DNA from: an uncultured bacterium | GTDB lineage: Bacteria > SAR324 > NAC60-12 | Assembly: GCA_964010765.1 (NCBI GenBank) | Contig: CAXGMD010000053.1 | Location: 1-24,058, forward strand | DNA length: 24,058 nt | Direction: 5' to 3' | Shown here: positions 1-9,584 of the stretch, one piece after another | Position numbering within the stretch: the first letter of the stretch is position 1 | Layout of the letters: each line of letters opens with the position of its first letter | Notes under the pieces: model-generated | Told to the model about the DNA's origin: nothing | Seen by the model: only the letters and a program-made list of their open reading frames with translations | Database searches by the model: none | Translations under genes and position numbers: made by a program

Positions 1-2
1 CA

Positions 3-536
3 GAGAGAGAGCTCGCTGCAGCTCAGCTAGAATATGATCGGGCTAAAGAATTACTTGCTGAGGCTGAAGAAGAAATTAATCAGCTGGAAGAGCAAGTGGT
101 ATCCATGCGTGGTAATCTTCAACCAGGTGGTGATAAAGCAACACCTGAAACCCGCAGATACGAACTTCTGCCAGCGCCTGCCGAGACTGAGTCAGACAGA
201 ATTCAAGACTTGAACGTCGTCTACTTTGACTTTGATCAAAGTTCAATCAGATCAGAGTTTGAAACTCAACTCAGAGACAACTTCCGGTGGTTACAGCAGA
301 ATCCTGGTATCAAGATACAGTTGGAGGGCCATTGCGATGAACGTGGGACCAACGAATATAATCTTGCTTTGGGTGAAAGAAGAGCAAGAGCTGTTCTGAG
401 CTACATGATTGATAGACTTGGTGCAGATCCCAATAGATTCACCATAGTAAGCTTTGGTGAAGAACGACCTGCTCAAATGGGAAAAAGCGAAGAGTCATGG
501 AGTCTTAATCGACGCGTTGAATTTACAAGACTCTAA
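3..536 (+). CDS. pal: Pal-like peptidoglycan-binding OmpA-domain protein with upstream coiled-coil; 5'-truncated by window edge
   Basis: Pal/OmpA-C motifs VYFDFD, LEGHCDERGTNEYNLALGERRA, SFGEERP, NRRVEF. The frame is open from base 3 (ERELAAAQLEYDRAKELLAEAEEEINQLEEQV...), so the GTG at 96 is probably not the true start. Confidence 0.8.
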   Translation, partial: ERELAAAQLEYDRAKELLAEAEEEINQLEEQVVSMRGNLQPGGDKATPETRRYELLPAPAETESDRIQDLNVVYFDFDQSSIRSEFETQLRDNFRWLQQNPGIKIQLEGHCDERGTNEYNLALGERRARAVLSYMIDRLGADPNRFTIVSFGEERPAQMGKSEESWSLNRRVEFTRL

Positions 537-554
537 GGCAAACCGGTTCTCTGA

Positions 555-1286
555 ATGGATTCAGTACTGGCACAGTTGACTGATGGGCAAAGCCTTTTGC
601 AGGTAGTCCTTGAGGGTACACTCATTGGACAACTAGTGCTGGTGTCCCTCCTGCTATTATCTTCGCTTTCTTGGGCTGTCATCATCTTAAAGGGATTGCA
701 GTTCTACAGATTTCAAAAAGACGATCAGAAATTTCTTCTTCTCTTTCGCGAATCTTCTCTCGATCAGACATACAAACAAGTCGATACCTTCCCACAGTCT
801 TCACTAGCATACATTTTTCGTAAAGCTTACCAGGAAATAAATCAGACTTATCGTCGCTTACAAAAACCTTCTTCCCAGCATAGCGAAGCCACAGTAAGTT
901 TGCTAAACGAACGCCTTCAGAGAGTGATGGAACGCTCATATAATGAACGCTATTCATACTCTGAACATCGATTAAATATTTTAGCTTCTGTTTCGGGTGC
1001 TTCCCCCTACATAGGTTTATTTGGGACCGTTTTAGGTGTAATTGACGCCTTTCAGGGCATTGGAATTTCAGGTATCACAAGCCTTGCGGCTGTGGCACCA
1101 GGTATTTCGGAAGCGCTCATTGCGACCGCAGCTGGGCTTCTTGCAGCAATACCTGCATTAATGGCCTTCAATCATTATCGCAACAGAGTTAGAAACCTGG
1201 GTGGTCAAATGAGAGATTTTAGTCTTGAACTGACGAACCGAATTGAATGGGTTCTTTATGAGCAGTTGGCACAGTCAGGAAAATGA
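555..1286 (+). CDS. tolQ: TolQ (MotA/TolQ/ExbB proton channel)
   Basis: SPYIGLFGTVLGVIDAF and SLAAVAPGISEALIATAAGLLAAIPA signatures; three hydrophobic segments; next to pal and tolR. Confidence 0.9.
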   Translation: MDSVLAQLTDGQSLLQVVLEGTLIGQLVLVSLLLLSSLSWAVIILKGLQFYRFQKDDQKFLLLFRESSLDQTYKQVDTFPQSSLAYIFRKAYQEINQTYRRLQKPSSQHSEATVSLLNERLQRVMERSYNERYSYSEHRLNILASVSGASPYIGLFGTVLGVIDAFQGIGISGITSLAAVAPGISEALIATAAGLLAAIPALMAFNHYRNRVRNLGGQMRDFSLELTNRIEWVLYEQLAQSGK

Positions 1287-1689
1287 CTCTATCAGTGATA
1301 TTAACATGACTCCCTTTGTGGATGTCTTGTTAGTATTATTGGTAATTTTTATGGTGACAGCACCAATCATTAATCAAGCAATTCAAGTAGAGTTGCCCAA
1401 AGATAGCTACAAAGATGAGCAAACCCAGGAACTAGATCCGCTCCGTGTAGTTATCAACGCTGACAAAGAAATTTTTATTGGCGACAACAAAATCGGAGAT
1501 TTAAACGGTAAAGTCTGGGTAGACAGCTTCCAGACAAAGGTTGGTGCCTGGAAGCAAGGAAGTGGACCTTGGTTTGCAGATGTGGAGGCTGATGAAAACG
1601 TAGCTTACGGTGTTTTGATTCCTATAATCGCAAGGTTGAAAGAAATGGAAGTCAACTTGAATTTAGTCATTCAACCAGAGTCAAATTAA
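1258..1689 (+). CDS. tolR: TolR/ExbD family protein
   Basis: [23 protein letters not shown] signature with the conserved membrane Asp. ATG at 1258 preferred over TTG at 1243. Overlaps the tolQ 3' end. Confidence 0.85.
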   Translation: MSSWHSQENDSISDINMTPFVDVLLVLLVIFMVTAPIINQAIQVELPKDSYKDEQTQELDPLRVVINADKEIFIGDNKIGDLNGKVWVDSFQTKVGAWKQGSGPWFADVEADENVAYGVLIPIIARLKEMEVNLNLVIQPESN

Positions 1690-1895
1690 CTAACTCCTTC
1701 TTTCTCTTTTGAAGATCCCTCCACCAGAACTGACTCTTCTTTTTTCTCTTCTAGTTCGTTTGTTTTCGTAGCTTTCTTGAAATTTGTGATCATTGAGCCC
1801 AAGCCCTCGCCGATCATGGGGAGTCGTTTTGCGCCGAAGAGCATCACGACAATACTGAGAATGATGATCAGTTCCCAAATGCCAAGACCAAACAT
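1686..1895 (-). CDS. tatA: Twin-arginine translocase subunit TatA/E
   Basis: [35 protein letters not shown] pattern (TM helix, FG hinge, amphipathic helix); AAGGA upstream. Stop overlaps the tolR stop (shared TTAA at 1686-1689). Confidence 0.92.
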   Translation of the reverse strand: MFGLGIWELIIILSIVVMLFGAKRLPMIGEGLGSMITNFKKATKTNELEEKKEESVLVEGSSKEKEGVS

Positions 1896-1990
1896 ACATT
1901 ATCCTTGATGAATTGTTGATAGAATTCGATTCAAACTTTCTTGATAGGCCAAAGCTTGTTCTGTTGCAAGTTTGATTTAAATTCAGTGAA

Positions 1991-2275
1991 TCAGTTTTGT
2001 TGGTCTATATACTTTCTGAAAGCTTGATTGAACGCTTCGTCATTGTTTTTGTACATCTTTACCAATTCTACTGTGGGAATCTCCATAACTACGAATGATC
2101 CGCTTTTTGCTCTACGGCCCCCCAACTCAGTTGTGAGGCTTTCAACCTGAGATTCTAACATTCGGACCCTTGCTTCCAAATCCTGCAACTGCATCGAGTT
2201 ACGATTCAAATCATCTTGCCAGGGTTGGCATCCTGCGAGAACCAACAAACCAATGAAAACAAGAACCTTGTGCAT
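1991..2275 (-). CDS. Small coiled-coil lipoprotein, unknown function
   Basis: ATG at 2275 (GAGGGG RBS upstream) gives MHKVLVFIGLLVLAG-C, a typical lipobox, followed by heptad-like LQDLEARVRMLESQVESLTTEL. Confidence 0.75.
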   Translation of the reverse strand: MHKVLVFIGLLVLAGCQPWQDDLNRNSMQLQDLEARVRMLESQVESLTTELGGRRAKSGSFVVMEIPTVELVKMYKNNDEAFNQAFRKYIDQQN

Positions 2276-2295
2276 TCTTCCCTCTAGAATTGAAC

Positions 2296-2325
2296 TTGAC
2301 AATATGCCCGCCAAAGGCTTTTAAT
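2296..2325 (+). promoter_or_regulatory. Putative sigma70 promoter of the ffh operon
   Basis: TTGACA (2296-2301), 18 nt spacer, TTTAAT (2320-2325), about 50 nt upstream of the ffh ATG. Confidence 0.5.
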
Positions 2326-2372
2326 ACTCAGTTTATTTTCACTTCCAAACGCTTCGAATTCACAAGGGTTTC

Positions 2373-3731
2373 ATGTTCGAAAACTTGTCCCAAAAATTGA
2401 CCACGACATTGCGCAAAGTGCGTGGCCAGGGACGACTCACGGAAACCAACATTGATGATTCGCTCAAGGAAGTAAAGATGGCCTTGCTGGAGGCGGATGT
2501 CAACTTCCGTGTTGTCAAGGCTTTCCTAAGGTCCGTCAAAAGTCGTGCCATTGGTGAGGAAGTTCAAGGGAGTCTGACCCCGGGACAGCAATTCATCAAA
2601 ATCGTTAATGACGAGTTAACGAACATGATGGGTGCGAGTAATGAGTCCCTTGCCAAATCCGAAGATGGGCCAACAGTTGTGATGGTTGTGGGGCTTCAGG
2701 GTGCTGGGAAAACATCTTCTGTTGGTAAGCTGGCGAATTACCATGCCCAGAAGGGATTTAGCCCGTATCTGGTCCCCGCAGATGTTTACAGACCTGCTGC
2801 GATTGATCAATTAAGGATACTCGCAGAGTCACTTCACCTACCTTGTCATCCCTCTACAAATGACCAAAATCCAGTTGAAATTGCGGCTTCTGCCGTAGAA
2901 GCGGCAAGAATCAACAACCGAGACTTGGTTCTAATTGATACAGCTGGTCGCCTACATATTGATAGTCAACTGATGGACGAACTGCATCAAATGCGTCAGC
3001 GGGTCAACCCGCAAGAAATTCTGTTTGTCGCAGATGCGATGACGGGTCAAGATGCTGTCAATATGGCCAAGAGCTTTAATGATGAGCTCGACTTGACAGG
3101 GGTATTGCTGACAAAGATGGACGGTGATGCCAGGGGGGGAGCAGCTCTTTCAATTCGTGCGGTCACCCAGAAGCCGATCAAATTTATCGCAGTTGGTGAG
3201 AAGCTAGAGAACCTTGAAGCTTTTCATCCTGAGAGAATCGCATCAAGAATCCTTGGAATGGGGGATTTGCTCTCCCTGATTGAAAAAGTTGAGCACAATT
3301 ACAGTCAGGCTCAAGCCCTTGAGATCCAAGACAAATTCAGGCGCAATGAGTTCACGCTAGATGATTTTAGAGATCAGCTTCGTACGATGCGCAAAATGGG
3401 TTCAATGAAAGAGTTGATGGGGATGCTCCCAGGTGTGGATTCAAATTTGCTGAAAAATGCAAAGGTGGATGAAAAACAATTCAATCGCATTGACGCAATC
3501 ATCTCGTCCATGACTCGCGATGAAAGGCAAAATCACAATCTATTGAATGGCTCACGCAGACAAAGGATCGCTGTAGGTAGTGGGGTAGCAGTTAATGATG
3601 TCAATCGCTTGATGAAGCAGTTCACCCAGATGCGAAAGATGATGAACAAGCTTTCCAAGACCCAAGATCCACGCAAAGCCATGCAGATGATGAAAAATAT
3701 GATGCCGCCGCAGTCTCGCAGCTTTATGTAG
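2373..3731 (+). CDS. ffh: Signal recognition particle protein Ffh
   Basis: ALLEADV, GLQGAGKT, DVYRPAA, DTAGR, TKMDGDARGGAALS motifs; Met-rich C-terminal M domain. Confidence 0.98.
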   Translation: MFENLSQKLTTTLRKVRGQGRLTETNIDDSLKEVKMALLEADVNFRVVKAFLRSVKSRAIGEEVQGSLTPGQQFIKIVNDELTNMMGASNESLAKSEDGPTVVMVVGLQGAGKTSSVGKLANYHAQKGFSPYLVPADVYRPAAIDQLRILAESLHLPCHPSTNDQNPVEIAASAVEAARINNRDLVLIDTAGRLHIDSQLMDELHQMRQRVNPQEILFVADAMTGQDAVNMAKSFNDELDLTGVLLTKMDGDARGGAALSIRAVTQKPIKFIAVGEKLENLEAFHPERIASRILGMGDLLSLIEKVEHNYSQAQALEIQDKFRRNEFTLDDFRDQLRTMRKMGSMKELMGMLPGVDSNLLKNAKVDEKQFNRIDAIISSMTRDERQNHNLLNGSRRQRIAVGSGVAVNDVNRLMKQFTQMRKMMNKLSKTQDPRKAMQMMKNMMPPQSRSFM

Positions 3732-3764
3732 ACTGCATTTATTAAATCAAACTAGGAGAATTGA

Positions 3765-4010
3765 GTGGTCAAAATCAGACTTGCTCGAGGTGGAGCCAAA
3801 AAAGCTCCATTTTACAGAATTGTTGTAGCTGATGTACGCTCTAGAAGAGATGGGCGTTTCATTGAAAGACTTGGTTCCTATAACCCCATGGTTCAAGAAA
3901 ATCGCTTTAGTATTGATGCAGAACGAGCCAAATACTGGTTGTCTGTGGGAGCGAAGCCAACAGATCGTGTTCGGAAATTAATGAAGTTAGCTTCCATCGA
4001 AGGTGTCTGA
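3765..4010 (+). CDS. rpsP: 30S ribosomal protein S16
   Basis: [47 protein letters not shown] start. Confidence 0.98.
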   Translation: MVKIRLARGGAKKAPFYRIVVADVRSRRDGRFIERLGSYNPMVQENRFSIDAERAKYWLSVGAKPTDRVRKLMKLASIEGV

Positions 4011-4542
4011 GAAGAAGGAAATTGATTACCCGGATCTCACCTGGCTAGGAACGATTATCGGACCTCACGGTGTGCAGGGAGAACTTAAAGTTTATCCATT
4101 GACTGATGATCCAGATTTCTACTGCAAATCCCTCAAATCTTTCTTAAGAGAACAGGCCAATGGGTTTGAGACGATAAACATACAGAGTCTCAAAATTCAT
4201 AAGGGTATTTGGATTCTCAAATGTAAGGAATGTGGGGATCGAAATATCGCTAAAAGTTGGAAAAAATTGAGGTTGCTGGTCAATGATAAAGATCTTCGAC
4301 CGCTGGGTGATGATGAAGTGTTCTTGCACCAGATAAAAGGTGCCATCGTTGTTGATTCACTAGAGAAATTACTGGGCGAGGTTGTCGAAATTATTGAAAC
4401 TGGCGCTGGATACGTTTACACGGTTCAACAACCTAATGGAGAAGAATTTCTGGTTCCTTCCTCAGGAAACATTGTTAAGTTTTTTGATAGTCAGAACAAA
4501 AAGTTGGTCATTGATCCAATTCCAGGGTTAATGGAGTCGTGA
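4003..4542 (+). CDS. rimM: 16S rRNA processing protein RimM
   Basis: [17 protein letters not shown]-terminal motif and PRC-barrel C-terminus (IETGA..VY.V...LVP...GL); canonical position between rpsP and trmD. Confidence 0.93.
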   Translation: MSEKKEIDYPDLTWLGTIIGPHGVQGELKVYPLTDDPDFYCKSLKSFLREQANGFETINIQSLKIHKGIWILKCKECGDRNIAKSWKKLRLLVNDKDLRPLGDDEVFLHQIKGAIVVDSLEKLLGEVVEIIETGAGYVYTVQQPNGEEFLVPSSGNIVKFFDSQNKKLVIDPIPGLMES

Positions 4543-5282
4543 AAAACCCTCTGACTTTTGACATCATCACTTTGTTTCCTGATCTATTCTCTTCGTTCTT
4601 GAATGAGAGTTTGATTGGAAAGGGAATATTCAAAGGAGAACTGGAGATTAAACTCACTAATTTGCGAGAATTTGGAATTGGTAAGCACCGACAGGTTGAT
4701 GATGAACCATACGGGGGTGGACCAGGAATGCTTCTTCGCCCTGAGCCGGTTGTTCAGGCGCTTGAAGACAGAAAATCATTCTATGAAAACCAAGATCGGA
4801 AAGTTCGTTCTATACTGCTAACTCCTCAGGGCAATCCCTTCCAGCAAAAGAAAGCAGAAGAACTGAGTGCCTGTAATGAATGTATACTTTTTATTTGTGG
4901 GCGTTACGAAGGCTTTGATGAAAGAATCAGAGATTATGTGGATGAAGAAATTTCGGGAGGAGATTTCATTTGCCTTGGGGGGGAAGTCATCGCAATGGTC
5001 TTAATTGAAGCCATCAGCCGTTTGAGAGGAAATATTCTGGGGAATCAAGAATCAGCTGAACAAGAAACGTTTAGCCATAATGGAATTCTCGAATATCCCC
5101 AGTATACGAGACCTTTAGAATTTAGAGGGCAGCGTGTCCCAGAAGTACTTCTTTCTGGCCACCACGCCCGAATATTGGAGTGGCGCAGTCAGCAAGCTCG
5201 GCAACGTACCTTGCAGCGTCGTCCTGACTTACTAACTGAAAAACACAAAGGCAAAGATGCCAGACTTGATGAAAGTAGTTGA
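4539..5282 (+). CDS. trmD: tRNA (guanine37-N1)-methyltransferase
   Basis: [57 protein letters not shown] motifs. Confidence 0.97.
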   Translation: MKNPLTFDIITLFPDLFSSFLNESLIGKGIFKGELEIKLTNLREFGIGKHRQVDDEPYGGGPGMLLRPEPVVQALEDRKSFYENQDRKVRSILLTPQGNPFQQKKAEELSACNECILFICGRYEGFDERIRDYVDEEISGGDFICLGGEVIAMVLIEAISRLRGNILGNQESAEQETFSHNGILEYPQYTRPLEFRGQRVPEVLLSGHHARILEWRSQQARQRTLQRRPDLLTEKHKGKDARLDESS

Positions 5283-5625
5283 ACAAAGTCAGCTACGTGA
5301 CGATATCCCTGCCTTTCGGGTAGGATGCACAGTTCGAGTGAATTACAGAATTAGTGAAGGCAACAAAGAGCGTATCCAAGCATACGAGGGTGTTGTCATT
5401 CGCAAGCACCTTGGAGACAAGAACAGTAAGGCTACATTCACTGTTCGAAAAATGACTCAAGGACATGGTGTCGAGAGGATTTTCCCAATACACTCTCCAA
5501 GAATTGAGAGTGTTCAAATCCTCAAACATGGACATGTGAGGAGAGCAAAACTTTACTACCTGAGAGAGCGTCGAGGTAAGGCCGCACGTATCCGTGAAAA
5601 GATCAGTGCCCGCAGCAGGTCTTGA
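5257..5625 (+). CDS. rplS: 50S ribosomal protein L19
   Basis: [38 protein letters not shown] motifs. Confidence 0.98.
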   Translation: MPDLMKVVEQSQLRDDIPAFRVGCTVRVNYRISEGNKERIQAYEGVVIRKHLGDKNSKATFTVRKMTQGHGVERIFPIHSPRIESVQILKHGHVRRAKLYYLRERRGKAARIREKISARSRS

Positions 5626-6202
5626 TATTGAGGTGGCACTTTGGAATCAGGGCTATCATCGAGTTGTGGGTGTCGATGAAGCAGGCAGGGGTCCCCTTGC
5701 GGGACCTGTAGTCGTTGCTGGTGTGATTTTGAATCCGAACACGGCAGATTCTTTAGACGTTGATGATTCAAAAAAGTTGAGTGAATCACGTCGCGAAGCC
5801 CTATTTGAAGCGATTATCTCAGGATCAATTGGTCATCAAATCGAAGTTCTTGGAAACATTGAAATTGATGAATTAAATATCTTGAATGCTACGTTAAAAG
5901 GGATGCAACAAGCAGTAGAAGCCTTGAAGCCAGTCCCCGATTACGTCCTGATTGACGGGAACAGATTGCCTAAGCTAACGCTCCCTGCTCAAGCCATTGT
6001 AAAAGGAGATCAAAAGAGTAAATCGATTGCAGCAGCTTCAATCTTGGCAAAAGTGACTCGCGATAAGATTATGCAAGGGTATGATGAAGAATTTCCAAAG
6101 TGGGAATTTTCAAAGCACAAAGGCTACCCCACTAAACGTCACAAGGAACTGTTGCAGCAGTATGGTCCCACCCCAATTCATAGAAAAACATTTCGCTGGT
6201 GA
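5594..6202 (+). CDS. rnhB: Ribonuclease HII (start codon uncertain)
   Basis: [27 protein letters not shown]...[25 protein letters not shown] motifs. Confidence 0.95.
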   Translation: MKRSVPAAGLDIEVALWNQGYHRVVGVDEAGRGPLAGPVVVAGVILNPNTADSLDVDDSKKLSESRREALFEAIISGSIGHQIEVLGNIEIDELNILNATLKGMQQAVEALKPVPDYVLIDGNRLPKLTLPAQAIVKGDQKSKSIAAASILAKVTRDKIMQGYDEEFPKWEFSKHKGYPTKRHKELLQQYGPTPIHRKTFRW

Positions 6203-6205
6203 AGG

Positions 6206-6562
6206 ATGTCTGCCAGAAAGAAATTGGGGATTGATGGAGAGAATTTGGCTGCGAAATATTTGGAGAGCCTTGGGTATAGTATTCTAGAGCGAGACTTCAG
6301 ACACCGTCTCGGTGAAATTGATATTGTAGCTGAGTTCAAAGACCATCTTGTAATTTGCGAAGTAAAATCTCGATCTAGCGGTAATATTGATCCATCTCTT
6401 TCGGTTACTCTAGCAAAGCGCACCAAACTCAGAAAACTTTATGAGGTGTTCATTACTCAGCACCCAAGTAAGCTGAGAATGCAGCCTCGCTTCGACGTGA
6501 TTTCGATTATTTTTCAACAAAACGATGCTCCGGAGTTGGAGCATATTCCAAATGCCTTCTGA
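6206..6562 (+). CDS. yraN: YraN family (UPF0102) putative endonuclease
   Basis: G..GE..A..YL...GY.IL, GEIDIVA, CEVKSR, RFDVI, HI.NAF; usual neighbour of rnhB. Confidence 0.9.
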   Translation: MSARKKLGIDGENLAAKYLESLGYSILERDFRHRLGEIDIVAEFKDHLVICEVKSRSSGNIDPSLSVTLAKRTKLRKLYEVFITQHPSKLRMQPRFDVISIIFQQNDAPELEHIPNAF

Positions 6563-6571
6563 AGGAGAAAA

Positions 6572-6841
6572 ATGGCACACCATAAATCTGCACTCAAGCG
6601 CATCCGTCAGACGATTAAGCGCACAGCAAGAAATCGATCTGAACGCTCATCCTTGAGAACTTCAGTGAAAAAATATCGAGAAGTTTTGGCTGGAGTTGAT
6701 AAGGCTTTAGCTGCAGGGGAGTATCCAGAAATTCAGAAGAGAATTGATAAAGCGGTAACAAAAGGTATTTTGCATGCGCGAACTGCAGCACGCTACAAAT
6801 CACGCCTTTCCTCAGCGCTAAATAAGGTTTCAGAATCTTGA
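6572..6841 (+). CDS. rpsT: 30S ribosomal protein S20
   Basis: MAHHKSALKRIRQ...N...S.LRT..KK, IDKAVTKGILH..TAARYKSRL; AAGGAG RBS. Confidence 0.96.
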   Translation: MAHHKSALKRIRQTIKRTARNRSERSSLRTSVKKYREVLAGVDKALAAGEYPEIQKRIDKAVTKGILHARTAARYKSRLSSALNKVSES

Positions 6842-6867
6842 CATCTGGAGACGTGATCGACTAGATT
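6838..6867 (+). promoter_or_regulatory. Putative sigma70 promoter of sdhCAB, overlapping the rpsT stop
   Basis: TTGACA (6838-6843), 18 nt spacer, TAGATT (6862-6867). Confidence 0.4.
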
Positions 6868-6950
6868 ATGCCTTCTGCTCAACTGACTTAAAGTGTGACC
6901 GGAGAGACTCACTGTTCTAACCTGCGATTTATTCCTGAGGAAAGGTCTAG

Positions 6951-7568
6951 ATGAACTCCCATTTCTTTGCCCGCCGTGTTCATAGTCTTACAGGTATTAT
7001 CCCAGTTGGTCTCTTTTTAGTATACCATCTCTACACCCAACTTTACCTTCATCAAGGGGCTGAGAAATATAACGAGCATACAAATGCATTCTACGATAGC
7101 CCTCTAGCAATCTGGCTACTGATCATCTTCGTTTACATACCTCTTTTCTATCATTCGATTTTAGGGGCAAAACTCTCCATTGAGGCAACCCCACAGCCTT
7201 CCTATCACTATTTCTCACATCTTCTGTACTGGCTTCAGCGAATTAGTGGTATCGGAGTTCTGTTATTTATTTTCGCGCATCTATATAATACTAAGGTGAT
7301 GCCACTGATGACGGATACTTACGGCCAACACTTCGAACACTTGGCCGAGGGATTTGCCTCTGCAGAAACAGGTTGGCTCACAAAAAGTGTTTATTTGCTT
7401 GGGATTTTGGGTGCAACCTTTCACTTTGCAAATGGTATTAACACATTCTGTATGACTTGGGGCCTTGCTCTGACACCCAGAGCACAGTTGAGAGTAAGGG
7501 TTTTGAGCATCATCGTTTTTGTTCTCCTGACAGCAGTAGCATTGTACTCAATGTCAGCGATTTGGTAG
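6951..7568 (+). CDS. sdhC: Succinate dehydrogenase cytochrome b558 subunit (single diheme anchor)
   Basis: RRVHSLTGIIPVGLFLVYHL resembles B. subtilis SdhC; His26/68/110/158 sit at the four heme-ligand positions; about 5 TM segments. Confidence 0.9.
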   Translation: MNSHFFARRVHSLTGIIPVGLFLVYHLYTQLYLHQGAEKYNEHTNAFYDSPLAIWLLIIFVYIPLFYHSILGAKLSIEATPQPSYHYFSHLLYWLQRISGIGVLLFIFAHLYNTKVMPLMTDTYGQHFEHLAEGFASAETGWLTKSVYLLGILGATFHFANGINTFCMTWGLALTPRAQLRVRVLSIIVFVLLTAVALYSMSAIW

Positions 7569-7636
7569 AATCTCCAATAATAAGTTTTCAAGAATCACCG
7601 CCTTAATTCATCCAATTAAAGAATGGAGAAAAATCC

Positions 7637-9571
7637 ATGACTAAGCAGAGAGCCATTGTTGTAGGAGGGGGTCTTGCTGGATTGGCCGCAACCATGAAAA
7701 TTGCGGAGCAGGGAATGTCAGTGCTGCTGGTTTCATTCCTTCCGGTGAAACGATCCCACTCGGTTTGTGCGCAAGGTGGAATCAACGGGGCGGTAAACAT
7801 TAAAGGAGAAGGAGATTCTCCGGAGATACATTTCTACGATACCGTCAAGGGAGGGGACTTTTTGGGGCATCAACCTTTGTGCAAGGATATGTGCTATCAT
7901 GCCCCCTTCATCATTTATTTGCTGGACCGCATGGGGGTTCCATTCAATCGAACCCCTGAAGGCAACCTAGACTTTCGCAGATTTGGAGGCACCCTACACC
8001 ATCGGACTGCTTTCTCTGGGGCCACGACGGGCCAACAGCTACTCTATGCATTAGATGAACAGGTTCGAAGATACGAAGTTGAAGGCTTGGTCGAAAAGAT
8101 AGAATGGCATGAATATCTTGGGGCTGTACAAGACGATGATGGAAAATGTGTCGGGGCCGTAATCCAAAATCTAAGAACTGGTGATATCCGAGCGGAGAGA
8201 GGTGATGCGGTCATCTTGGCCACAGGAGGACCTGGGGTCGTTTATGGTCGTTCTACGAATTCTGTGGTTTGTACTGGAACTGCAACAACCTCAGCTTATT
8301 TACAGGGTGCTAAGTTTGGAAATGGTGAATTTATTCAAATCCACCCAACTGCGGTACCTGGTCGAGACAAACTGCGCTTAATGAGTGAATCTGCAAGAGG
8401 TGAGGGCGGTAGAGTTTGGGTTCCTAGAAAGGCAAATGATCAGAGAGATCCAAAAGAGATTCCAGCGGAAGAGCGATTATATTTTCTTGAAGAGAAATAC
8501 CCCAGATTTGGGAATTTGGTCCCAAGAGATGTTGGTGCGAGAGAAATCTACGATATTTGTGTAAATCAAGGTCTGGGTGTGCATGGAGATATGAAGGTCT
8601 ATTTAGACCTGACTCATCATTCACGTGAATTCCTGGACAGAAGGCTTGGAGGAATCCTTGAAATTTATGAAAAATTTACTGGGGTAGATCCTCGTGAGGA
8701 GCCAATGGAAATCTTCCCAGCGGTTCATTATTCGATGGGAGGAATTTGGACTGATTACACAAGGACAGCCGACGGTTTTATTGATCACCAGTCTCCACGC
8801 AACCAAATGACCTCGATCGAGGGACTATATGCTGCTGGAGAAGCTGATTATCAGTACCATGGGGCCAACCGACTTGGGGCAAATTCGCTATTAAGCTGTA
8901 TCTACACGGGCTTGATGATGGGACCAGGAGTCGTGAATTACATCAAGAATCAAAAAGAATCTGCCACTGACCTTCCGTCTTCTTTGTTTGATAAGGCACA
9001 ACAACAATGGCAAGAAAAGTTTACTGGCATCAAGCAAATGAAGGGTAAGGAAAACCCATACAAGCTCCATGCGGAATTATCAGAAACGATGATGTCAAAT
9101 GTCCTCATAGTTCGCGACAATGCCAGACTTGCAGCAACCGTTGAAAAAATTGAAGAATACGATGAACGCTGGAAAGATGTTGAATGTGTGGACACGAGTG
9201 ACTGGACCAATCCAGTACCAAGCTTTGTAAATCAACTTTACAACATGATACAGCTGTCAAAGGTAATTGCCAAAGGTGCGCTGCTCCGTGACGAGTTCAG
9301 GGGAGCCCACTATAAACCTGAATTTGAAATCAAGCAGCCTAGTGATTTTAAGCCAGAAAGTTTCCTTGAGTATACCAAGTTGAAGGCGGAGGGAGGCCTC
9401 AAACAAGATTCTTTCAAGCCGGATCACCTAGAATATATGCGGCTTTACGGGGAATCGAACGAGAAATGGCTGAAAAGTTCGATTGCGACTTTCAATGGAA
9501 AAGGCCCTGATATCAGTTATGAAGCTGTAGATACCTCACTGATTCAACCACGTCCACGCAAGTACGACTGA
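7637..9571 (+). CDS. sdhA: Succinate dehydrogenase flavoprotein subunit
   Basis: GGGLAG, RSHSVCAQGG (covalent FAD His), QIHPT, SESARGEGG, HYSMGG, HGANRLGANSLL, RGAH. Confidence 0.96.
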   Translation: MTKQRAIVVGGGLAGLAATMKIAEQGMSVLLVSFLPVKRSHSVCAQGGINGAVNIKGEGDSPEIHFYDTVKGGDFLGHQPLCKDMCYHAPFIIYLLDRMGVPFNRTPEGNLDFRRFGGTLHHRTAFSGATTGQQLLYALDEQVRRYEVEGLVEKIEWHEYLGAVQDDDGKCVGAVIQNLRTGDIRAERGDAVILATGGPGVVYGRSTNSVVCTGTATTSAYLQGAKFGNGEFIQIHPTAVPGRDKLRLMSESARGEGGRVWVPRKANDQRDPKEIPAEERLYFLEEKYPRFGNLVPRDVGAREIYDICVNQGLGVHGDMKVYLDLTHHSREFLDRRLGGILEIYEKFTGVDPREEPMEIFPAVHYSMGGIWTDYTRTADGFIDHQSPRNQMTSIEGLYAAGEADYQYHGANRLGANSLLSCIYTGLMMGPGVVNYIKNQKESATDLPSSLFDKAQQQWQEKFTGIKQMKGKENPYKLHAELSETMMSNVLIVRDNARLAATVEKIEEYDERWKDVECVDTSDWTNPVPSFVNQLYNMIQLSKVIAKGALLRDEFRGAHYKPEFEIKQPSDFKPESFLEYTKLKAEGGLKQDSFKPDHLEYMRLYGESNEKWLKSSIATFNGKGPDISYEAVDTSLIQPRPRKYD

Positions 9572-9584
9572 ACTAGGGAGCGAA

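Noticed and set aside
1690..1899. Alternate 69-aa minus-strand ORF over tatA
   Set aside because: The tatA frame has clear family motifs; this frame has none.
6891..6912. CRP/FNR-like site upstream of sdhC (TGTGA...TCAC)
   Set aside because: Half-site spacing does not fit TGTGA-N6-TCACA.
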